From: Gammaproteobacteria bacterium
GTDB taxonomy: Bacteria > Pseudomonadota > Gammaproteobacteria > Tethybacterales > CBDBMS01
Assembly (NCBI GenBank): GCA_965207545.1
Contig: CBDBMS010000003.1
Span: 285,411-349,410 of the forward strand
Reading direction: 5' to 3'
DNA: 64,000 nucleotides
In this document: positions 57,261-64,000 of the stretch, in pieces
Position numbering within the stretch: position 1 is the stretch's first letter
Layout: the number at the start of each line of letters is the position of its first letter
Notes under the pieces: generated by a model
Database searches by the model: none
The model's input: the letters and a program-made list of their open reading frames with translations, nothing else
Told to the model about the DNA's origin: nothing
Translations under genes and position numbers: made by a program

Positions 57261-60200
57261 ATGCGTATGCATTATTTAGTACAGTGTGTACTGGTCATGA
57301 TTCTGCTGATCTTTCCGAATGCATTGACCCAGGAGGTGCTTCCTGCCATGTCTCGAATGCCTATGCTTCATTGCAATTTCGTAGGTGATAATGAATGCCC
57401 CGTAGGGAGTGCTGTCATTACAATCTCAAAGATGCCTATGACTGGCGAGGATGGTACAGATGATGAAATTAAAGTCGCATTAACGGTTATACCAGACAAC
57501 CTGGTCACGGTGTGGGTAACTAGTTCGGATCTTAGCGAGGCGGTGGTTTCACCAATGTCGTTGGTGTTTGATGAGATCAACTGGCGTAGTGGAGTGACGG
57601 TGACGGTGACGGGCATTGACGATGAGGTCGACGACGGTGACATTAACTACGAGATTCGCCTGTCGACGAGAGCTATTCCTGACGACCTCCACTATGCGGC
57701 AGTTCTGACGGCCAGCACGACCGGGACCAACAGCGACGACGACATGGCCGGCCTGTCGGTGCCGCCGGGGCGCCTGGCGACCAGCGAGGCGGGAGCCACG
57801 GCGCGGTTCCCGGTGTCGCTGTCGAGCGAGCCGACCGGTCTGGTGACGGTGTCGGTGTCCAGCTCGGATGCCGGCGAGGCGACGGCGGCGCCGCCGTCGC
57901 TGGTGTTTGATGCCGACAGCTGGGACACGGCGCTGACGGTGACGGTGACGGGCGTTGACGACGAGATTGACGACGGCGACGTCGCCTACGAGATCGACCT
58001 GTCGGTGAGCGCGGCGCCGGCCGGCAGCCCCTATGCGGGCCTGACGGCCGACGTGGCCGGGACCAACAGCGACGACAGCGACATGGCCGGCCTGTCGGTG
58101 CCGCCGGGGCGCCTGACGACCAGCGAGGCGGGAGCCACGGCGCGGTTCACGGTGTCGCTGTCGAGCGAGCCGACCGGCCCGGTGACGGTGACGGTGTCCA
58201 GCTCGGATGCCGGCGAGGCGACGGCGGCGCCGCCGTCGCTGGTGTTTGACGCCGACAGCTGGGACACGGCGCTGACGGTGACGGTGACGGGCGTCGACGA
58301 CGAGATTGACGACGGCGACGCCGACTACGAGATCGACCTGTCGGTGAGCGCCTCGCCGGCCGGCAGCCCCTACGCGGGCCTGACGGCCGACGTGGCCGGA
58401 ACCAACAGCGACGACGACATGGCCGGCCTGTCGGTGCCGCCGGGGCGCTTGGCGACCAGCGAGGCGGGAGGCACGGCACGGTTCACGGTGTCGCTGGCGA
58501 GCGAGCCGACCGGCCCGGTGACGGTGTCGGTGTCCAGCTCGGATGCCGGCGAGGCGACGGCGGCGCCGTCGTTGCTGGTGTTTAACGCCGGCAGCTGGGA
58601 CACGGCGCTGACGGTGACGGTGACGGGCATTGACGACAAGATTGACGACGGCGACGTCGACTACGGGATCCGCCTGTCGGTGAGCGCGGCGCCGGCCGGC
58701 AGCCCCTATAAGAGGATGTTGATTACGGTACTAGGAACAAATTCGGACGATGATACGGGCGAATTGCTAGTTCCTTCGACCTCCTTTTTAACTGATGAGG
58801 ATGGAGGGCAAGGAGTTTTCGCAGTTAGCCTTTCCAGCAATCCGTTTGGAATGGTGACGGTATCAGTGACAAGTGGTGATTTAACGGAAGGCATTCCCAC
58901 ATTGCCAACACTAGTGTTCAGCCCGTCAAATTGGAATGTAGGACTTTCCGTAACAGTTTTGGGACAGGATGATACCATTGCAGACGGAGATACGAAGTAT
59001 AAGATAAGTCTTTCGGTAAGCGGAGTAGATGAGGGGAGTGTATACACAGGTTCCACAGCTATTGTCACTGGCATTAACGCTGAAAACGAGACGATTGAAA
59101 TAATCACTTCTCCAGATTTTGTAAGGACGGGGGAGGGGGGCGTGAATGCAATGATTACCGTTAAGCTCTCAAGCAAACCAAGAGGTGCAGTGTATGTACA
59201 GGTAGACAGTTCTAATGACGCGGAGGCAAGAGTTTCTCAGACACTGAGGTTCCGCAAGGCAACCTGGAATATTGGACAAACACTCGAGGTGTTAGGTGTA
59301 GATGATAATGTTGCGGATGGTGTGATTGGCTATGAGATCTTTCTGATAGCTCAGGCATCAAAAAGAAACCCTTATCGTAATGTAAGAACAACAGTTTTAG
59401 GGAGCAATGCGGATGATGAACTAGCTGAACTGGTAATTGATTCATCATCTATTGCAACTGGTGAAGATGGCGCAACAGATAGTTTTAAAGTGTCGCTGTC
59501 GAGCGAGCCGACCGGCCTGGTGACGGTGTCGGTGTCCAGTTCGGATGCCGGCGAGGCGACGGCGTCGCCGCCGTCGCTGGTGTTTGACGCCGACAGCTGG
59601 GAGACGGCGCTGACGGTGACGGTGACGGGCGTCGACGACGAGATCGACGACGGCGACGTCGCCTACGAGATCGAACTGTCGGTGAGCGCGGCGCCGGCCG
59701 GCAGCCCCTACGTGGGCCTGACGGCCGAGGTGGCCGGGACCAACAGCGACGACAGCGACATGGCGGGCCTGTCGGTGCCGCCGGGGCGCCTGGCGACCAG
59801 CGAGGCGGGAGCCACGGCGCGGTTCACGGTGTCGCTGTCGAGCGAGCCGACCGGCCTGGTGACGGTGTCGGTGTCCAGTTCGGATGCCGGCGAGGCGACG
59901 GCGACGCCGCCGTCGCTGGTGTTTGACGCCGACAGCTGGGACACGGCGCTGACGGTGACGGTGACGGGCGTCGACGACGAGATCGACGACGGCAGCGTCG
60001 CCTACGAGATCGAGCTGTCGGTGAGCGCGGCGCCGGCCGGCAGCCCCTACGCGGGCCTGACGGCCGAGGTGGCCGGGACCAACAGCGACGACAGCGACAT
60101 GGCGGGCCTGTCGGTGCCGCCGGGGCGCCTGGCGACCAGCGAGGCGGGAGCCACGGCGCGGTTCACGGTGTCGCTGTCGAGCGAGCCGATCGGCCTGGTG

Positions 60201-63200
60201 ACGGTGTCGGTGTCCAGTTCGGATGCCGGCGAGGCGACGGCGGCGCCGTCGTCGCTGGTGTTTGACGCCGACAGCTGGGACACGGCGCTGACGGTGACGG
60301 TGACGGGCGTCGACGACGAGATCGACGACGGCAACGTCGCCTACGAGATCAAGCTGTCGGTGAGCGCGGCGCCGGCCGGCAGCCCCTACGTAGGCCTGAC
60401 GGCCGACGTGGCCGGGACCAACAGCGACGACAGCGACATGGCGGGCCTGTCGGTGCCGCCGGGGCGCCTGGCGACCAGCGAGGCGGGAGCCACGGCGCGG
60501 TTCACGGTGTCGCTGTCGAGCGAGCCGATCGGCCTGGTGACGGTGTCGGTGTCCAGTTCGGATGCCGGCGAGGCGACGGCGGCGCCGTCGTCGCTGGTGT
60601 TTGACGCCGACAGCTGGGACACGGCGCTGACGGTGACGGTGACGGGCGTCGACGACGAGATCGACGACGGCAGCGTCGCCTACGAGATCGAGCTGTCGGT
60701 GAGCGCGGCGCCGGCCGGCAGCCCCTACGCGGGCCTGACGGCCGACGTGGCCGGGACCAACAGCGACGACAGCGACATGGCCGGCCTGTCGGTGCCGCCG
60801 GGGCGCCTGGCGACCAGCGAGGCGGGAGCCACGGCGCGGTTCACGGTGTCGCTGGCGAGCGAGCCGACCGGCCTGGTGACGGTGTCGGTGTCCAGTTCGG
60901 ATGCCGGCGAGGCGACGGCGGCGCCGTCGTCGCTGGTGTTTGACGCCGACAGCTGGGACACGGCGCTGACGGTGACGGTGACGGGCGTCGACGACGAGAT
61001 TGACGACGGCAGCGTCGCCTACGAGATCGAGCTGTCGGTGAGCGCGGCGCCGGCCGGCAGCCCCTACGTGGGCCTGACGGCCGACGTGGCCGGGACCAAC
61101 AGCGACGACAGCGACATGGCGGGCCTGTCGGTGCCGCCGGGGCGCCTGGCGACCAGCGAGGCGGGAGCCACGGCGCGGTTCACGGTGTCGCTGTCGAGCG
61201 AGCCGACCGGCCCGGTGACGGTGTCGGTGTCCAGTTCGGATGCCGGCGAGGCGACGGCGGCGCCGTCGTCGCTGGTGTTCGGCGCCGACAGCTGGGACAC
61301 GGCGCTGACGGTGACGGTGACGGGCGTCGACGACGAGATCGACGACGGCAGCGTCGCCTACGAGATCGAGCTGTCGGTGAGCGCGGCGCCGGCCGGCAGC
61401 CCCTACGTGGGCCTGACGGCCGACGTGGCCGGGACCAACAGCGACGACAGCGACATGGCCGGCCTGTCGGTGCCGCCGGGGCGCCTGGCGACCAGCGAGG
61501 CGGGAGCCACGGCGCGGTTCACGGTGTCGCTGGCGAGCGAGCCGACCGGCCTGGTGACGGTGTCGGTGTCCAGTTCGGATGCCGGCGAGGCGACGGCGGC
61601 GCCGTCGTCGCTGGTGTTTGACGCCGACAGCTGGGACACGGCGCTGACGGTGACGGTGACGGGCGTCGACGACGAGATCGACGACGGCAGCGTCGCCTAC
61701 GAGATCGAGCTGTCGGTGAGCGCGGCGCCGGCCGGCAGCCCCTACGCGGGCCTGACGGCCGACGTGGCCGGGACCAACAGCGACGACAGCGACATGGCGG
61801 GCCTGTCGGTGCCGCCGGGGCGCCTGGCGACCAGCGAGGCGGGAGCCACGGCGCGGTTCACGGTGTCGCTGTCGAGCGAGCCGACCGGCCTGGTGACGGT
61901 GTCGGTGTCCAGTTCGGATGCCGGCGAGGCGACGGCGGCGCCGTCGTCGCTGGTGTTCGGCGCCGACAGCTGGGACACGGCGCTGACGGTGACGGTGACG
62001 GGCGTCGACGACGAGATCGACGACGGCAGCGTCGCCTACGAGATCGAGCTGTCGGTGAGCGCGGCGCCGGCCGGCAGCCCCTACGTGGGCCTGACGGCCG
62101 AGGTGGCCGGGACCAACAGCGACGACAGCGACATGGCGGGCCTGTCGGTGCCGCCGGGGCGCCTGGCGACCAGCGAGGCGGGAGCCACGGCGCGGTTCAC
62201 GGTGTCGCTGGCGAGCGAGCCGACCGGCCTGGTGACGGTGTCGGTGTCCAGTTCGGATGCCGGCGAGGCGACGGCGGCGCCGTCGTCGCTGGTGTTTGAC
62301 GCCGACAGCTGGGACACGGCGCTGACGGTGACGGTGACGGGCGTCGACGACGAGATCGACGACGGCAGCGTCGCCTACGAGATCGAGCTGTCGGTGAGCG
62401 CGGCGCCGGCCGGCAGCCCCTACGCGGGCCTGACGGCCGAGGTGGCCGGGACCAACAGCGACGACAGCGACATGGCGGGCCTGTCGGTGCCGCCGGGGCG
62501 CCTGGCGACCAGCGAGGCGGGAGCCACGGCGCGGTTCACGGTGTCGCTGTCGAGCGAGCCGACCGGCCTGGTGACGGTGTCGGTGTCCAGTTCGGATGCC
62601 GGCGAGGCGACGGCGGCGCCGTCGTCGCTGGTGTTTGACGCCGACAGCTGGGACACGGCGCTGACGGTGACGGTGACGGGCGTCGACGACGAGATCGACG
62701 ACGGCAGCGTCGCCTACGAGATCGAGCTGTCGGTGAGCGCGGCGCCGGCCGGCAGCCCCTACGTAGGCCTGACGGCCGACGTGGCCGGGACCAACAGCGA
62801 CGACAGCGACATGGCCGGCCTGTCGGTGCCGCCGGGGCGCCTGGCGACCAGCGAGGCGGGAGCCACGGCGCGGTTCACGGTGTCGCTGTCGAGCGAGCCG
62901 ACCGGCCCGGTGACGGTGTCGGTGTCCAGTTCGGATGCCGGCGAGGCGACGGCGGCGCCGTCGTCGCTGGTGTTCGGCGCCGACAGCTGGGACACGGCGC
63001 TGACGGTGACGGTGACGGGCGTCGACGACGAGATTGACGACGGCAGCGTCGCCTACGAGATCGAGCTGTCGGTGAGCGCGGCGCCGGCCGGCAGCCCCTA
63101 CGCGGGCCTGACGGCCGACGTGGCCGGGACCAACAGCGACGACAGCGACATGGCGGGCCTGTCGGTGCCGCCGGGGCGCCTGGCGACCAGCGAGGCGGGA

Positions 63201-64000
63201 GCCACGGCGCGGTTCACGGTGTCGCTGTCGAGCGAGCCGACCGGCCTGGTGACGGTGTCGGTGTCCAGCTCGGATGCCGGCGAGGCGACGGCGACGCCGC
63301 CGTCGCTGGTGTTTGACGCCGACAGCTGGGACACGGCGCTGACGGTGACGGTGACGGGCGTCGACGACGAGATCGACGACGGCAGCGTCGCCTACGAGAT
63401 CGAGCTGTCGGTGAGCGCGGCGCCGGCCGGCAGCCCCTACGCGGGCCTGACGGCCGAGGTGGCCGGGACCAACAGCGACGACAGCGACATGGCGGGCCTG
63501 TCGGTGCCGCCGGGGCGCCTGGCGACCAGCGAGGCGGGAGCCACGGCGCGGTTCACGGTGTCGCTGTCGAGCGAGCCGATCGGCCTGGTGACGGTGTCGG
63601 TGTCCAGTTCGGATGCCGGCGAGGCGACGGCGGCGCCGTCGTCGCTGGTGTTTGACGCCGACAGCTGGGACACGGCGCTGACGGTGACGGTGACGGGCGT
63701 CGACGACGAGATCGACGACGGCAACGTCGCCTACGAGATCAAGCTGTCGGTGAGCGCGGCGCCGGCCGGCAGCCCCTACGTAGGCCTGACGGCCGACGTG
63801 GCCGGGACCAACAGCGACGACAGCGACATGGCGGGCCTGTCGGTGCCGCCGGGGCGCCTGGCGACCAGCGAGGCGGGAGCCACGGCGCGGTTCACGGTGT
63901 CGCTGTCGAGCGAGCCGATCGGCCTGGTGACGGTGTCGGTGTCCAGTTCGGATGCCGGCGAGGCGACGGCGGCGCCGTCGTCGCTGGTGTTTGACGCCGA
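57261..64000 (+). CDS. giant tandem-repeat surface adhesin-like protein (Calx-beta / cadherin-like ~113-aa repeats), 5' portion; ORF continues beyond the window end
   Basis: Frame opens after a TAA at 57255. The first ATG is at 57261 with a plausible Sec signal (MRMHYLVQCVLVMILLIFPNALTQ). The ORF then consists of repeats of ...GLSVPPGRLATSEAGATARFTVSLSSEPTGLVTVSVSSSDAGEATAAPSSLVFDADSWDTALTVTVTGVDDEIDDGSVAYEIELSVSAAPAGSPYAGLTADVAGTNSDDSDMA. It is not in the ORF track because it has no stop within the window. The minus-strand 78-95-aa ORFs at 339-nt spacing are antisense artefacts. Confidence 0.6.
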   Translation, partial: MRMHYLVQCVLVMILLIFPNALTQEVLPAMSRMPMLHCNFVGDNECPVGSAVITISKMPMTGEDGTDDEIKVALTVIPDNLVTVWVTSSDLSEAVVSPMSLVFDEINWRSGVTVTVTGIDDEVDDGDINYEIRLSTRAIPDDLHYAAVLTASTTGTNSDDDMAGLSVPPGRLATSEAGATARFPVSLSSEPTGLVTVSVSSSDAGEATAAPPSLVFDADSWDTALTVTVTGVDDEIDDGDVAYEIDLSVSAAPAGSPYAGLTADVAGTNSDDSDMAGLSVPPGRLTTSEAGATARFTVSLSSEPTGPVTVTVSSSDAGEATAAPPSLVFDADSWDTALTVTVTGVDDEIDDGDADYEIDLSVSASPAGSPYAGLTADVAGTNSDDDMAGLSVPPGRLATSEAGGTARFTVSLASEPTGPVTVSVSSSDAGEATAAPSLLVFNAGSWDTALTVTVTGIDDKIDDGDVDYGIRLSVSAAPAGSPYKRMLITVLGTNSDDDTGELLVPSTSFLTDEDGGQGVFAVSLSSNPFGMVTVSVTSGDLTEGIPTLPTLVFSPSNWNVGLSVTVLGQDDTIADGDTKYKISLSVSGVDEGSVYTGSTAIVTGINAENETIEIITSPDFVRTGEGGVNAMITVKLSSKPRGAVYVQVDSSNDAEARVSQTLRFRKATWNIGQTLEVLGVDDNVADGVIGYEIFLIAQASKRNPYRNVRTTVLGSNADDELAELVIDSSSIATGEDGATDSFKVSLSSEPTGLVTVSVSSSDAGEATASPPSLVFDADSWETALTVTVTGVDDEIDDGDVAYEIELSVSAAPAGSPYVGLTAEVAGTNSDDSDMAGLSVPPGRLATSEAGATARFTVSLSSEPTGLVTVSVSSSDAGEATATPPSLVFDADSWDTALTVTVTGVDDEIDDGSVAYEIELSVSAAPAGSPYAGLTAEVAGTNSDDSDMAGLSVPPGRLATSEAGATARFTVSLSSEPIGLVTVSVSSSDAGEATAAPSSLVFDADSWDTALTVTVTGVDDEIDDGNVAYEIKLSVSAAPAGSPYVGLTADVAGTNSDDSDMAGLSVPPGRLATSEAGATARFTVSLSSEPIGLVTVSVSSSDAGEATAAPSSLVFDADSWDTALTVTVTGVDDEIDDGSVAYEIELSVSAAPAGSPYAGLTADVAGTNSDDSDMAGLSVPPGRLATSEAGATARFTVSLASEPTGLVTVSVSSSDAGEATAAPSSLVFDADSWDTALTVTVTGVDDEIDDGSVAYEIELSVSAAPAGSPYVGLTADVAGTNSDDSDMAGLSVPPGRLATSEAGATARFTVSLSSEPTGPVTVSVSSSDAGEATAAPSSLVFGADSWDTALTVTVTGVDDEIDDGSVAYEIELSVSAAPAGSPYVGLTADVAGTNSDDSDMAGLSVPPGRLATSEAGATARFTVSLASEPTGLVTVSVSSSDAGEATAAPSSLVFDADSWDTALTVTVTGVDDEIDDGSVAYEIELSVSAAPAGSPYAGLTADVAGTNSDDSDMAGLSVPPGRLATSEAGATARFTVSLSSEPTGLVTVSVSSSDAGEATAAPSSLVFGADSWDTALTVTVTGVDDEIDDGSVAYEIELSVSAAPAGSPYVGLTAEVAGTNSDDSDMAGLSVPPGRLATSEAGATARFTVSLASEPTGLVTVSVSSSDAGEATAAPSSLVFDADSWDTALTVTVTGVDDEIDDGSVAYEIELSVSAAPAGSPYAGLTAEVAGTNSDDSDMAGLSVPPGRLATSEAGATARFTVSLSSEPTGLVTVSVSSSDAGEATAAPSSLVFDADSWDTALTVTVTGVDDEIDDGSVAYEIELSVSAAPAGSPYVGLTADVAGTNSDDSDMAGLSVPPGRLATSEAGATARFTVSLSSEPTGPVTVSVSSSDAGEATAAPSSLVFGADSWDTALTVTVTGVDDEIDDGSVAYEIELSVSAAPAGSPYAGLTADVAGTNSDDSDMAGLSVPPGRLATSEAGATARFTVSLSSEPTGLVTVSVSSSDAGEATATPPSLVFDADSWDTALTVTVTGVDDEIDDGSVAYEIELSVSAAPAGSPYAGLTAEVAGTNSDDSDMAGLSVPPGRLATSEAGATARFTVSLSSEPIGLVTVSVSSSDAGEATAAPSSLVFDADSWDTALTVTVTGVDDEIDDGNVAYEIKLSVSAAPAGSPYVGLTADVAGTNSDDSDMAGLSVPPGRLATSEAGATARFTVSLSSEPIGLVTVSVSSSDAGEATAAPSSLVFDA
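57405..64000 (+). repeat. tandem array of ~339-bp (113-codon) coding repeats, about 19-20 units in the window; units after ~59500 are near-identical
   Basis: Periodic recurrence of the same 339-nt unit (minus-strand ORF ends at 59944, 60283, 60622 ... 63673 give an exact 339-nt period). The ~58690-59500 block holds diverged, AT-richer units. Confidence 0.85.

Noticed and set aside
57086-57388. 100-aa plus-strand ORF in the AT-rich region before the repeat adhesin
   Set aside because: It is in a different frame from the long repeat ORF and overlaps its probable signal-peptide-encoding start. No homology. Low-GC DNA here gives spurious short ORFs.
57692-63724. Series of 78- and 95-aa minus-strand ORFs (MSQLSASNTSDDGAAVASPASELDTDTVTRPVGSL...) recurring every 339 nt
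   Set aside because: They are antisense reading frames of the plus-strand tandem repeats. High GC and repeat structure keep them open. The plus-strand frame is continuous over >6.7 kb and encodes a recognisable Calx-beta/cadherin-like motif, so the minus-strand ORFs are artefacts.
57405-64000. Could the 339-bp regular repeats be a CRISPR array?
   Set aside because: No. The repeats are directly abutting with no unique spacers, are 339 nt long, and form one continuous protein-coding frame.

Overview
High-GC (about 60-65%) proteobacterial chromosomal segment. The first ~36 kb is ordinary, densely packed housekeeping DNA. The last ~28 kb (36124 to the window end) is a same-strand cluster of giant surface-protein genes and is the unusual part.

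Housekeeping genes identified in the first 36 kb, in order: a partial tyrS at the left edge, a Lon-N-domain protein, a HAD hydrolase, a CBS protein, a YbaK-like deacylase, DUF971-ubiE, a putative gshA, efp, the pstSCAB-phoU phosphate operon, ppsA, a plsC-family acyltransferase, hemL-thiE-SDR, a decayed azlCD locus, nth, trkH-trkA, proA, holA-lptE, a secreted alpha/beta hydrolase, leuS, dapD, a Sit/Mnt-type metal ABC transporter, and aguB.

The cluster is a translationally coupled operon of four paralogous proteins of 3093, 526, 2281 and 512 aa. Each begins with a type IV prepilin-like N-terminus (Gly-1, hydrophobic helix; Glu+5 in three of four). All four share a conserved post-helix LPCPD / DxDGDGxED motif module. 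An L-serine dehydratase gene (sdaA) sits inside the operon with ATGA start/stop overlaps. Downstream lies a 26-nt poly-C tract, then an open-ended giant adhesin-like gene built from about 20 tandem 339-bp (113-aa) Calx-beta/cadherin-like repeats that run off the window. No pilus or type II secretion assembly genes, tRNAs, rRNAs, CRISPR arrays or transposases were seen. Domain-family assignments (for example Calx-beta versus cadherin-like, the GshA family) and all GC estimates are by eye, not computed.
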